Positions 48,271 through 58,151 of a DNA stretch of 60,781 nt are shown here, one piece after another. Position 1 is the stretch's first letter. The number at the start of each line of letters is the position of its first letter. Source of the DNA: Clostridia bacterium (lineage in GTDB: Bacteria > Bacillota > Clostridia > Monoglobales > Monoglobaceae); assembly GCA_045586445.1 (NCBI GenBank), contig JAZNAJ010000214.1, positions 1 to 60,781 on the forward strand, written 5' to 3'. The position numbers and the translations under genes are program-made. Below the pieces are notes generated by a model that worked only from the letters and a program-made list of their open reading frames with translations, was not told where the DNA came from and did no database searches.

Positions 48271-50445
48271 ATGAAAATCATCAAAAGAAATGGTGCTGAA
48301 GAGAATTTCAACGAAGATAAAATACTGATAGCTATAACAAAAGCAAACGAATCCGTTCCCGAGGCTGACCGTATGACAGATTTACAAGTCAAACGCATCA
48401 CCGAGTCGGTTGTTATTGCCTGCGAGGCTTTGGGCAGAGCACCCTCTGTCGAGGAAATCCAGGACCTTGTGGAAAAGAAGATTATGGCACATGGTGCTTT
48501 TGAAGTTGCAAAAAGCTATATTACATATCGTTATGTTCGTTCATTGGCGCGTAAGAGTAACACAACAGATAATAAGATTCTCTCCCTTATTGAATGCTGC
48601 AACGAAGAAGCAAAGCAAGAAAACGCCAACAAAAACCCTGTTGTTAACTCCACACAGCGTGATTATATGGCGGGCGAGGTTTCAAAGGATATTACAAACC
48701 GTATCCTTTTGCCCAAGGATATTGTTGATGCTCACAACGAAGGCATTATCCATTTCCACGATTCTGACTATTTTGCTCAGCATATGCACAACTGCGACCT
48801 TGTAAATCTTGAAGATATGCTCCAAAATGGCACGGTTATTACCGGAACGCTTATCGAAAGGCCTCACAGCTTTTCCATTGCCTGCAACATTGCTACACAG
48901 ATTATTGCGCAGGTTGCATCAAACCAATATGGCGGTCAATCCATATCACTTACCCATCTTGCACCATTTGTGCAGGTATCCCGTGAGAAGTTCCGCAATG
49001 CAGTACGGGAAGAAATGAAATCACTTGGCGTAACAATTACTGACGAACAGGTAAACGAATTGGCAGAGCAGCGCGTTCGCGACGAAATCCGAAAGGGTGT
49101 TCAAACCATCCAATATCAGGTGGTTACACTGCTTACAACCAATGGTCAGGCGCCATTTATTACAGTATTTATGTATCTTGGCGAAGCCAAAGACCCACAG
49201 ACCAAGCACGACCTTGCTATGATTATCGAGGAAGTTTTGCGTCAAAGATATCAGGGTGTTAAAAACGAAAAGGGCGTCTGGGTTACACCTGCATTCCCCA
49301 AACTTATCTATGTTCTTGAAGAAGATAATATTCATGAGGATTCAAAGTATTGGTATCTTACCGAGCTTGCGGCTAAATGTACCGCAAAGAGAATGGTTCC
49401 TGATTATATTTCAGAAAAGAAGATGCTTGAACTCAAGATAGACAAAAACGGAAACGGCAATTGCTATACCTGTATGGGTTGCAGAAGTTTTCTCACCACA
49501 TATATCGATGAAAACGGCAATCCCAAATACTACGGCAGATTTAATCAAGGTGTTGTTACCATTAACCTGGTGGATGTTGCCTTGTCATCAGGCGGCGACA
49601 AAGAAAAGTTCTGGAAGATTTTTGACGAAAGACTTGAGCTTTGCCACAGAGCCCTTATGTGCCGTCATGAAAGATTGAAGGGCACACTCTCTGACGCTGC
49701 CCCCATTCTTTGGCAATATGGTGCGCTTGCACGCCTTAAAAAGGGCGAGCCAATCGACAAGCTGCTTTTTGGCGGATACTCCACCATTTCACTTGGCTAT
49801 GCAGGACTTTATGAATGTGTTAAGTATATGACCGGCAAGAGCCATACCGACCCGGATGCTACACCCTTTGCACTTGATGTTATGGAAAAAATGAATGATT
49901 CCTGTCGCAAGTGGAAGGCAGAACATAATATTGATTTCAGTCTTTATGGCACTCCTCTTGAATCGACCACCTACAAATTTGCAAAATGCTTGCAAAAGAG
50001 ATTTGGTATTGTTAAAGGGGTTACTGACAAGGGCTACATTACCAACAGCTATCATGTTCATGTTACAGAAGAAATTGATGCCTTTGAAAAGCTCAGATTC
50101 GAAGCACAATTCCAGCATCTTTCACCCGGTGGTGCTATCAGCTATGTGGAAGTTCCCAATATGCAGGATAATATCCCTGCGGTTTTAGAGCTTATGAAAT
50201 TCATCTATGACAACATCATCTATGCAGAACTTAACACCAAATCCGACTACTGTCAGGTCTGCGGATTTGATGGTGAAATCAGTGTTATTGATGAAGACGG
50301 AAAGCTGATGTGGGAATGCCCGAATTGTGGCAACCGCGACCAGGACAAAATGAATGTTGCTCGCCGTACCTGTGGTTACATCGGTACTCAGTACTGGAAT
50401 CAAGGCAGAACTCAAGAAATAAAGGAAAGGGTGCTACATTTATAA
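48271..50445 (+). CDS. nrdD: anaerobic ribonucleoside-triphosphate reductase
   Basis: N-terminal ATP-cone (MKIIKRNGAEENF), C-terminal Zn ribbon (CQVCG...CPNCG) and glycyl radical motif RRTCGYIG. Confidence 0.93.
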   Translation: MKIIKRNGAEENFNEDKILIAITKANESVPEADRMTDLQVKRITESVVIACEALGRAPSVEEIQDLVEKKIMAHGAFEVAKSYITYRYVRSLARKSNTTDNKILSLIECCNEEAKQENANKNPVVNSTQRDYMAGEVSKDITNRILLPKDIVDAHNEGIIHFHDSDYFAQHMHNCDLVNLEDMLQNGTVITGTLIERPHSFSIACNIATQIIAQVASNQYGGQSISLTHLAPFVQVSREKFRNAVREEMKSLGVTITDEQVNELAEQRVRDEIRKGVQTIQYQVVTLLTTNGQAPFITVFMYLGEAKDPQTKHDLAMIIEEVLRQRYQGVKNEKGVWVTPAFPKLIYVLEEDNIHEDSKYWYLTELAAKCTAKRMVPDYISEKKMLELKIDKNGNGNCYTCMGCRSFLTTYIDENGNPKYYGRFNQGVVTINLVDVALSSGGDKEKFWKIFDERLELCHRALMCRHERLKGTLSDAAPILWQYGALARLKKGEPIDKLLFGGYSTISLGYAGLYECVKYMTGKSHTDPDATPFALDVMEKMNDSCRKWKAEHNIDFSLYGTPLESTTYKFAKCLQKRFGIVKGVTDKGYITNSYHVHVTEEIDAFEKLRFEAQFQHLSPGGAISYVEVPNMQDNIPAVLELMKFIYDNIIYAELNTKSDYCQVCGFDGEISVIDEDGKLMWECPNCGNRDQDKMNVARRTCGYIGTQYWNQGRTQEIKERVLHL

Positions 50446-50446
50446 A

Positions 50447-50968
50447 ATGTATTACGGAGAGATAAAAAACTGTGATATTGCCAATGGCGAAGGGGTGCGA
50501 GTCACCCTCTTCGTTTCAGGGTGCACAAATCGATGTGAGGGTTGTTTTCAACCTCAGACCTGGGATTTTTGCTATGGTAAACCCTTTACGAAAGAGGTTG
50601 AAGACAAAATAATCAAAATGCTTGAGCCAAGCTATATACACGGTCTTACCATCCTTGGCGGTGAGCCCTTTGAACCGGAAAATCAGCGTGCGCTGTTGCC
50701 TTTTGTAAAAAGGGTTAAACAAGCCTACCCTGACAAAAATATCTGGATGTTTTCCGGATTCACCATCGAGCAGCTTTGGGAACAATCTCCGCATCCGCGT
50801 TGCGAAGTAACCGACGAGCTTTTGAGTTTTGCAGATGTTTTGGTTGATGGCAAATTTGTGCTTGCCAAAAAGAATATCCGACTTAAATTCCGAGGCTCTG
50901 AAAATCAACGAATTTTGAATATGCCCTTAACACTAAAGACTAAATCCCCGGTCTTGTGGGGCGAATAG
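50447..50968 (+). CDS. nrdG: anaerobic ribonucleotide reductase activating protein
   Basis: Radical SAM motif CTNRCEGC. 173 aa, starting 2 nt after nrdD. Confidence 0.9.
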   Translation: MYYGEIKNCDIANGEGVRVTLFVSGCTNRCEGCFQPQTWDFCYGKPFTKEVEDKIIKMLEPSYIHGLTILGGEPFEPENQRALLPFVKRVKQAYPDKNIWMFSGFTIEQLWEQSPHPRCEVTDELLSFADVLVDGKFVLAKKNIRLKFRGSENQRILNMPLTLKTKSPVLWGE

Positions 50969-50974
50969 AATAGA

Positions 50975-51020
50975 AAGGCGCTGTTTAAAAACAAATCTGT
51001 TTTTAAACAGCGCCTTCTTT
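50975..51020. terminator. bidirectional rho-independent terminator
   Basis: 19-bp stem aaggcgctgtttaaaaaca / tgtttttaaacagcgcctt followed by a T-run. It lies between the convergent nrdG and peptidase genes. Confidence 0.8.
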
Positions 51021-51040
51021 TTATATTGCAGCAAACTATT

Positions 51041-52003
51041 TTAGCCAACAGTCATTGCCCCCAAAAGAATGGGCAATGTTTCGTAATAAATTTTCTCAAG
51101 GTCGCTCATAGGCAGCGGGTTTTGTCCACTGCCCACCTCCACCGTGAATCCCGGCTTGTTGAATTTGTCCACAAACCAATCCTTGTACCCACCATAAGAC
51201 GCAATCCCCTCGGTGTTATCCAGCTGATATGGTGAAATTTTTGTAAATGCCCTTGCTATTCTTTCTGAATTATGAGGCTCTTTCCCCAAGAAGCCATGAT
51301 AAATCACCTTGCCCTGACTGTGAAAGGCTATGACCAGTGAAAACTGTTCTTTTCGGGTAAATTCTGCTAAGGCACGGCTTTCCGGCTCGGATTCAGGGGC
51401 GGTCCCTGAAAATCTTGTCGGGCCCGGCATATATATCCCATACTCGGTTTCCATCGCCTTGGACTTTTGCCAAAGCGCATCGTAATTGTGGTTTAGGTCA
51501 ACCCCGTTGGCGTTTGCCTGCCATTTGCCAAAATCATCCGAACCATTCATCCGAAGCAATCTCTGCCGCACCCCAACCGCCAAGCGGTTTGAAAGTCCCG
51601 TTGTGGCAAGCTGTACTCCATCAGGATTAAGCATTGGCACAATATAAAGCGAAGTCCTTTTGCTGAGAGCGCCTACATTAAACCCTCGCAGTGCTTTGGC
51701 TCCTCTTTGTGAGTTGAGATAGTCCCTCACAAAATTCATCAGCATTGCAGAAGTTATTGACTCCATTGCGTGATGTGTTCCGTTGTATGAAATTTTGTTT
51801 TCACCACTGCCCAATCTTATATAGTAAAGGTTTTTGCCCCAGACCGACTTTCCTATACTTCCAATCTCCACATCGGGGAACTCCTCTTTTAATGTCTTTA
51901 TATCAGCCTCAAGTCTTTCGTATGTATATGGTGGTATAAACCCTTTGCTCACAATCCTTCGCCTCACCTTTCCTGCTCGCGTGCCATTAAAACACTCTTT
52001 CAA
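51041..52003 (-). CDS. M14 family metallocarboxypeptidase (gamma-D-glutamyl-meso-diaminopimelate peptidase-like)
   Basis: Zn-binding context YNGTHHAMESIT and further M14 blocks (NPDG, HSQG). The longest ORF starts with TTG. A GTG near 51952, behind AGGTGAGG, may be the real start. Confidence 0.75.
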   Translation of the reverse strand: MKECFNGTRAGKVRRRIVSKGFIPPYTYERLEADIKTLKEEFPDVEIGSIGKSVWGKNLYYIRLGSGENKISYNGTHHAMESITSAMLMNFVRDYLNSQRGAKALRGFNVGALSKRTSLYIVPMLNPDGVQLATTGLSNRLAVGVRQRLLRMNGSDDFGKWQANANGVDLNHNYDALWQKSKAMETEYGIYMPGPTRFSGTAPESEPESRALAEFTRKEQFSLVIAFHSQGKVIYHGFLGKEPHNSERIARAFTKISPYQLDNTEGIASYGGYKDWFVDKFNKPGFTVEVGSGQNPLPMSDLEKIYYETLPILLGAMTVG

Positions 52004-52138
52004 TTTTATATATTAATATGAAACTAAAAAGCAAAGTATGTGTCATATTGACCTTGATTTTTTGCAGATATGGAGTTATAATGTTTAAAGAGCTGTTGCT
52101 CTGTTTAAAACAAATAATTACACCAAGGAGGAGTTAAA

Positions 52139-52516
52139 ATGTTTGGAATTGAACACATCGGAATTTTTTCAAAGGACTCGGAGGCTCTTAAAAATTGGTA
52201 TGCTGACCTGTTTGGCTGGACACAGGTTTATGCTAATGAGGAAAAAAAGACATATTTTTTAAAAGCTGATGATGGAATGATGATAGAGTTTTGCAAATCG
52301 GGCGAAGATGGTGGTGTGCTTGGCGACAAGGTTACCGGCATAAGACACATCGCAATTTCTGTTGACGATTTTGACGCTGCTGTGGCAAAGGTAACTGCAG
52401 CAGGGGTAGAGATTGTTACCGAGCCTGCACTTTCAGCAAGCGGTGTTGGAACAATGTTCTTCAGAGACCCTGACGGAAATGTTCTTCACCTTATCTACAG
52501 AACAAACAAACTTTAA
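52139..52516 (+). CDS. VOC/glyoxalase family protein
   Basis: 125 aa with a paired beta-alpha-beta-beta-beta module (IEHIGIFSKD..., IRHIAISVDD..., FFRDPDGNVLHL). Confidence 0.75.
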   Translation: MFGIEHIGIFSKDSEALKNWYADLFGWTQVYANEEKKTYFLKADDGMMIEFCKSGEDGGVLGDKVTGIRHIAISVDDFDAAVAKVTAAGVEIVTEPALSASGVGTMFFRDPDGNVLHLIYRTNKL

Positions 52517-52536
52517 TCCCGAAAGAGGCTTAAACT

Positions 52537-53379
52537 ATGCGTGAAATTAATGTATCTGAAATAACCGACCTTGTTGCGGATATGTGCGTCAAATCCAATT
52601 GTCTTTTGAACGAGGATATCGAAAACGCCATTGCCAAGGGGCTTGAAACCGAAACCAATTCGTTGGCGGCGGATGTTTTGGGTGATATTTTGAAAAATGC
52701 GGATATTGCCCGCCGGGATATGGTTCCCATTTGTCAGGATACAGGTATGGCTGTATTCTTTGTTAAGCTGGGGCAGGATGTCCATCTTGTTGGCGGCGGG
52801 CTTTGTGATGCTGTCAACGAGGGGGTGCGGCGGGGATATCGCGACGGATACCTTCGCAAGTCGGTTGTCGCTGACCCGTTGCGGCGAAAAAATACAGGCG
52901 ATAATACTCCCGCAATTATACATACCGAAATCGTCGATGGCGAAACCATCGAAATCACCATCGCTCCCAAGGGATTTGGCAGCGAGAATATGAGTGGTGT
53001 GAAAATGCTTAAGCCTTCGGATGGTGTTGACGGGGTTGTGGATTTTGTTGTAGATACTGTTAAGAAAGCTTCGGGTAACCCCTGCCCTCCAATCGTTGTC
53101 GGCGTTGGGATAGGCGGGACTATGGAAAAGGCTGCTATTCTTTCAAAGCAGGCACTTTTGCGGGATGTCCATATAAGTAACCCTGATGAATACTATGCTC
53201 AGCTTGAAGAAACTCTTTTGGAAAAAATCAATCAGTTGGGGGTTGGGCCTCAAGGATACGGTGGCAAAACCACCGCCCTTGGCGTAAACATCGAAACCTT
53301 CCCCACCCACATCGCCGGGCTTCCCGTGGCTGTGAATATCAGTTGTCATGTAACGCGTCATATGACAAAGGTTATTTAA
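52537..53379 (+). CDS. Fe-S hydro-lyase (class I fumarate hydratase / L-tartrate dehydratase) alpha subunit
   Basis: 280 aa with PICQDTGMAVFFVKLGQDV and Cys ligands. No beta subunit follows. Confidence 0.85.
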   Translation: MREINVSEITDLVADMCVKSNCLLNEDIENAIAKGLETETNSLAADVLGDILKNADIARRDMVPICQDTGMAVFFVKLGQDVHLVGGGLCDAVNEGVRRGYRDGYLRKSVVADPLRRKNTGDNTPAIIHTEIVDGETIEITIAPKGFGSENMSGVKMLKPSDGVDGVVDFVVDTVKKASGNPCPPIVVGVGIGGTMEKAAILSKQALLRDVHISNPDEYYAQLEETLLEKINQLGVGPQGYGGKTTALGVNIETFPTHIAGLPVAVNISCHVTRHMTKVI

Positions 53380-53416
53380 TGGTTTTAAAATGTTCCTACT
53401 TTTTTGAAAAAAATAC

Positions 53417-53445
53417 TTGCAATAATTGTTTATCTATGCTATAAT
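53417..53445 (+). promoter_or_regulatory. candidate promoter of tRNA-Leu
   Basis: TTGCAA (53417-53422), 17-nt spacer, TATAAT (53440-53445). Confidence 0.55.
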
Positions 53446-53463
53446 TGTATGCGTTGAACAAAT

Positions 53464-53550
53464 GCCGGTGTGGTGGAATTGGCAGACGCGCTGGACTCAA
53501 AATCCTGTGGTAGTGATACCGTATCGGTTCGACCCCGATCACCGGCACCA
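53464..53550 (+). tRNA. tRNA-Leu (anticodon CAA), type II with long variable arm, encoded CCA
   Basis: Acceptor gccggtg/caccggc, anticodon loop ctCAAaa, variable stem ggta-gtga-tacc, T-arm atcgg-ttcgacc-ccgat and 3' ACCA. Confidence 0.9.
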
Positions 53551-53589
53551 AGTCAGAACAAACTTTGTTTGTTCTGACTTTTTCTTTTT
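53551..53589 (+). terminator. rho-independent terminator after tRNA-Leu
   Basis: agtcagaacaaac-ttt-gtttgttctgact followed by TTTTTCTTTTT. Confidence 0.8.
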
Positions 53590-53751
53590 GAAAAAATCAG
53601 CGCGCACTCCGCTGTTCCTCCTTTTTCCGCAAAATCAAGATTTTGCGGAAACCCTGCTGACCAACTTGGTCAGTTTTTATTCAGTTAGTTGACTTTTAAC
53701 TGTGTGTATGGTAAATTAATAAAAAAAATGCTTAATTTTTGGGGGGTCATT

Positions 53752-55308
53752 ATGTTGTATAATATCAAGGATTATGGGGCTGTTGGCAATGGTGATGTTT
53801 TGGAAACATCTGCCATACAGGCTGCTGTTGATGAATGTACAAAAAATGGTGGGGGTACGGTTTTGGTGCCTTCCGGAAATTATAAAATTGGCAAAATTAT
53901 ACTTAAAGATAATGTTACATTAGAAGTGAGTGCCGGAGCGAGATTGTTTGCTTCTCCAAACCGCGAAGACTACAAAGATACCCCGGGATTTTCGGGTTCG
54001 TTATATAATCAGGGTTATGACCTGAACGAAGGTACAAGAATAAGAAACGACTTGGAGGATATCCGCAAATTCAGAGTTGCGATGATTTATGCCTGCGAAG
54101 CAAAAAATATTGCCGTTACAGGCAGAGGTATAATAGATGGCCAGCATGAAAATTTCTTGATTTCAGATAACAACGCACATCATGCGGGGAAACGCTGGCA
54201 TAATGTTTCGTACAATGATGGTATCAGATGGTCCACTCGGTCAGAAAAGTTTAAATTCAGACACTTTCCTGTATTTTTTGAAGCATGCACGGATGTGGTT
54301 TTGGATGGAATTAAACTTATAAATTCTCCCGCTTATACTGTTCAAATGAGAAGTTGCGAACAGGTTCGGATAACGAATATTGTAATACGAAACTATGTGG
54401 GTGCTGAAAATTCAGATGGAATGCATTTCTCGTCTTGTACCGATGTCAGAATTTCGAATTGTGATTTTCAGTGTGGAGATGATACTATAGCAATAGATTC
54501 CAATGATATGAAACCCTCTGCGAGATTCCTTATCGAAAATTGTATTTTATTTAGCAGATTTAACTGTTTCAGAATTTTTACAAATTTAGCAGATTCTCCT
54601 GTAAAAAGGAAACTGGTTAAAGGTGGCAAAGTTAGTGACATTGTTATAAATAACATTGTTGTCAAGAATGCTTCGTCACTTATATATATAAATACCGATG
54701 ACGGCGAGATTGAAAGAGTTACTCTTACAAATGCTTCAGGAGTTATCGAAAGACTTGGAACAACTTTTCTTATCACTTCACACTCTGCAAAGGTAAACCA
54801 AGTTACTTTCGCAAATTGGAATTTCAAAAGCCGTGGTGTAGGCTATATATACAGCAATGATCCTAAAAGCATAAAAAATGTTAAATTGGATAATATTGAC
54901 ATCGAAGTTTGTCCTTCAACACAAGCTTTTGGAAATGGCTTACATATGCCTTGCTCTGACTCAGGCCAACCAAACTATCCATTATCTCACTTTGTACCAT
55001 ACTTTCTGCAAATAGTAGAAGCAGAGAATATAAGTATAAGCGATTTTTCTGTTCGTTGGGGCGAAGCAGATATTGATGATATATATGAATTAAGAGAGCC
55101 TCATCCTATGTTTGATTTTTGGAAATTATCTCCAACCAATGTAGAAAAGCATTGGCCGGCAGTAAAAATTGAAAATTCCAAGAATATAAGCTGTGATAAG
55201 GTTTCTTTAGAGCCCTTTGGAGACGACAAGGCGATTGAATTAATTGATGTAGCGGATTTTCATATTGTAAACTCAAATATAAAAGATGCCGAAATAAATA
55301 GGGCTTAA
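53752..55308 (+). CDS. GH28-like / pectin-lyase-fold right-handed beta-helix protein, no signal peptide
   Basis: N-terminus MLYNIKDYGAVGNGDVLETSAIQAAVDEC...GGGTVLVPSGNY (Pectate_lyase_3-type). Motifs NSDG and GDDTIAI correspond to GH28 NTD and GDD. The GHG and RIK blocks are not recognisable. The ATG follows GGGGGG. Confidence 0.7.
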   Translation: MLYNIKDYGAVGNGDVLETSAIQAAVDECTKNGGGTVLVPSGNYKIGKIILKDNVTLEVSAGARLFASPNREDYKDTPGFSGSLYNQGYDLNEGTRIRNDLEDIRKFRVAMIYACEAKNIAVTGRGIIDGQHENFLISDNNAHHAGKRWHNVSYNDGIRWSTRSEKFKFRHFPVFFEACTDVVLDGIKLINSPAYTVQMRSCEQVRITNIVIRNYVGAENSDGMHFSSCTDVRISNCDFQCGDDTIAIDSNDMKPSARFLIENCILFSRFNCFRIFTNLADSPVKRKLVKGGKVSDIVINNIVVKNASSLIYINTDDGEIERVTLTNASGVIERLGTTFLITSHSAKVNQVTFANWNFKSRGVGYIYSNDPKSIKNVKLDNIDIEVCPSTQAFGNGLHMPCSDSGQPNYPLSHFVPYFLQIVEAENISISDFSVRWGEADIDDIYELREPHPMFDFWKLSPTNVEKHWPAVKIENSKNISCDKVSLEPFGDDKAIELIDVADFHIVNSNIKDAEINRA

Positions 55309-55544
55309 AACTTTTTGTGCAAAAAATTAAACGCCTTTTTATTGTTTGCCAAGAATATTAAGGGAATTTATCCTTTTTTAGAATACTCTGCAAATAGCCG
55401 ACATTCACCATATAATAGATATATGCTAATAGTATAATAAATAAAATAAGTTCAGAATTTTTAAAATAAATTACAATCATGACATAAATGGAATTGTTTT
55501 TTAAAAAAAAATAGTGTATGCTTTAGGTAAAGAGGGTGAGGCCA

Positions 55545-58151
55545 ATGTATGAAATACTTAGATATGTAGACGAAAACATAAAGGAAAAGATTTCTTTGGA
55601 AGAATTGGCAAATAATTTTGGATATTCACAGTGGCATTTAAGTAAAAAATTTAAACAAACTACAGGTTATTCGTATACAGAGTATGTGAATAACCGCAGG
55701 ATGGGAATGGCCGTATTGGACATATTAAATGGCGAAAAAGTAACTGAAGTTGCTTTGAAGTATGGCTATGATACAACCAGTGGGTTTAACAAGGCATTTA
55801 TGACAAGGTTTGGGTGTAGTCCTAAAATGATGAAGAAGGAAACTATAAAATCTTATATTGAATATCAAGAAAGGCGTGATACTATGTATAAAATAACGGA
55901 TAGGGTAGAGTTTTTAAGAAATGAGGCAGTCAATGTAAAGACTATGTCTGAAAAAGTTAAGCATATTTGGCAATTCCTTTTTAGATTGGGTGAGCTTTCG
56001 TGCAGCGACAATGACTCAAATATGATTATAACTGCTAAGTCGCTTTGCAATGTAATAAAAAATTCACCTGGCATAATTTTGGATAATGAGCTGATTGTTG
56101 GATACAACTTTGGCGACAATGGCCATAACGAAAAATTCGATATCAATGATAACGAAAAAACTCGTAAAAATTTGATGCAATGCGGATTTACAAAGGAACA
56201 AATAGATTTTTACTTTGCGAATGAAAATGTGTCAAAATATAAAATGATGCCATACAAAGAAGAATACACCCCACAAGAAAGTCAGTTGCACCAAGAACGA
56301 GCTGCAATGGGCAGATGTATGGCAAACAACCACACAGTCATAGGCTATGAAGAAGTGCTAAAGCACGGCTTTGAAGGACTTTTGGAGCGAGTGGAAGCCT
56401 TTGAGAAGATAAATGGCGAATCAGATTTGTATACTTCATTAAAAATGATTTGTAATGAAGCTGTAAAGTTTGGTGATAAGTATAGCGAGGAGGCTTTAAA
56501 GCAGGCTGAAACAGCCAGCAAAGAACGAGCTGCTGAGCTTAAAGAAATCGCAAAGGTGTGTCAAAATGTACCTCGAAAACCCGCTGCTAGTTTCAGGGAG
56601 GCTATCCAAAGTCTTTGGTTTGCACACATTTTAAACACTTGGGAAGACCGCATAAACGCAAATTCTTTGGGAAGATTGGACCAAATACTGTATCCGTATT
56701 ACAAAAATGATATAGAAAATGGGGTAATATCAAAAGATGAGGCTTTTGAACTTGTTTGCTGTCTTTGGATAAAGTTATATCGCGATTATGATGTTCAGCA
56801 AAGTTGTGTTGGCGGAAGTGATGCAGACGGCAATGAAGTGGTAAATGACTTATCATATATGATGCTGGACGCAACAGAAAAACTGGATTTTATAAGATGT
56901 TTGTCTGTTAGATTTTCCAGAAATACCGATAAAAAGTTTTTAAAACGCGCGCTCGAAGTTGTTGGGCATGTTCAAAAGGGTATACCATTTTTCTTCAATG
57001 ATGATGTAATGATTCCCGCATTGGAATATGGTAATATTGCCCACGAAGATGCTGTTGGTTATAGCCAAATCGGGTGTGTTGAAACTGTAATCCCGGGAAA
57101 GTCAAATCCGCATGCGGTTACAGGGGAAACAAATTTATTAAAGGCTCTAGAATACACCCTCAACGAAGGCAAGAGTATGGTAAATGAAGGCTTTACTCCC
57201 GGTATTAATACAGGTGCTGTAAAGGATTTTGATACTTACGAAAAGTTATATTCTGCGATTAAAAAGAATATATATCATATTCTTGATGTGTGTTGCAGAA
57301 AAGTTATGATTGCAACAGATGCTCATGTTGTCAACGCTCCAAAACCATACAAATCTCTTCTTACAGAAGGTTGTGTTGAAAGCAATCGCGATTTCAATGC
57401 TTATGGGGCAAAATATGATTATTACCAGATAATGCTTGGCGGAGTTCCAAATCTTGCGGATTCGTTGGAAGTAATACGAAAGTTTGTATATGAAGACAGA
57501 AAGTATACCCTGGAGGAAGTTGTTTACCAAATGCAAAATGATTTCCCTGACGAACAGATTCGGTTGGAATTCCTTAACAGGGCAGCAAAGTTTGGCAATG
57601 ATATTGATTCAGTGGATTTTATTGCACGGGATATCATTGATTATTCATGTAGCGTACTAACGGAATTAAGTGATAAATATGACCTTTTATTCCACGCACA
57701 ACCATTTACCTATTTGTGGATGGTTGACGACGGAAAGGTGATGGCTGCAACACCTGATGGAAGACACAAAGGCGAGATAATAGCTTATAGTGTTTCGCCA
57801 ATGCAGGGAAGGGATTTCAATGGGCTTACTGCACTGTTTAACTCTCTTGCAAAACTGCCTACCAAAAAAACCCCGGGAACAACTTCTGCAATTGTCGAGG
57901 TTGACCCTGCAGCATATTCAGATAGAAATATAGATTCTCTTGTTGATATTCTTTTGACAGCCGGCGAAAAAGGGCTTTCAAATGTCCAGTTTAATACTGT
58001 AGACAAAGAAACATTGATGGAAGCACAAAAGCACCCGGAGAACTATAATAATCTGGCAGTGCGTGTATCGGGATTTAGTCAGAAGTTTAACTTGCTTGAT
58101 AAAGATTTGCAAGACCATATTATAGGAAGGACAAAACACAAATGTCTTTAA
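55545..58151 (+). CDS. fusion protein: N-terminal AraC/MarA-type double-HTH DNA-binding domain plus a full-length glycyl radical enzyme (PFL2/dehydratase-type)
   Basis: Single uninterrupted ORF; the track ORF starts at a GTG at 55536, and the ATG at 55545 is better spaced from GAGGG. HTH motifs: ISLEELANNFGYSQWHLSKKFKQ and VTEVALKYGYDTTSGFNKAFMTRFGCSP. The GRE part begins at M117 (55884, ITDRVEFLRNE...LDNELIVG). Thiyl loop is IGCVET (Cys codon 57075-57077). Glycyl radical motif is RVSGFS (Gly codon 58071-58073). Confidence 0.85.
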   Translation: MYEILRYVDENIKEKISLEELANNFGYSQWHLSKKFKQTTGYSYTEYVNNRRMGMAVLDILNGEKVTEVALKYGYDTTSGFNKAFMTRFGCSPKMMKKETIKSYIEYQERRDTMYKITDRVEFLRNEAVNVKTMSEKVKHIWQFLFRLGELSCSDNDSNMIITAKSLCNVIKNSPGIILDNELIVGYNFGDNGHNEKFDINDNEKTRKNLMQCGFTKEQIDFYFANENVSKYKMMPYKEEYTPQESQLHQERAAMGRCMANNHTVIGYEEVLKHGFEGLLERVEAFEKINGESDLYTSLKMICNEAVKFGDKYSEEALKQAETASKERAAELKEIAKVCQNVPRKPAASFREAIQSLWFAHILNTWEDRINANSLGRLDQILYPYYKNDIENGVISKDEAFELVCCLWIKLYRDYDVQQSCVGGSDADGNEVVNDLSYMMLDATEKLDFIRCLSVRFSRNTDKKFLKRALEVVGHVQKGIPFFFNDDVMIPALEYGNIAHEDAVGYSQIGCVETVIPGKSNPHAVTGETNLLKALEYTLNEGKSMVNEGFTPGINTGAVKDFDTYEKLYSAIKKNIYHILDVCCRKVMIATDAHVVNAPKPYKSLLTEGCVESNRDFNAYGAKYDYYQIMLGGVPNLADSLEVIRKFVYEDRKYTLEEVVYQMQNDFPDEQIRLEFLNRAAKFGNDIDSVDFIARDIIDYSCSVLTELSDKYDLLFHAQPFTYLWMVDDGKVMAATPDGRHKGEIIAYSVSPMQGRDFNGLTALFNSLAKLPTKKTPGTTSAIVEVDPAAYSDRNIDSLVDILLTAGEKGLSNVQFNTVDKETLMEAQKHPENYNNLAVRVSGFSQKFNLLDKDLQDHIIGRTKHKCL

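Noticed and set aside
53426-53692. 88-aa plus-strand ORF
   Set aside because: It runs straight through the tRNA-Leu gene and its terminator.
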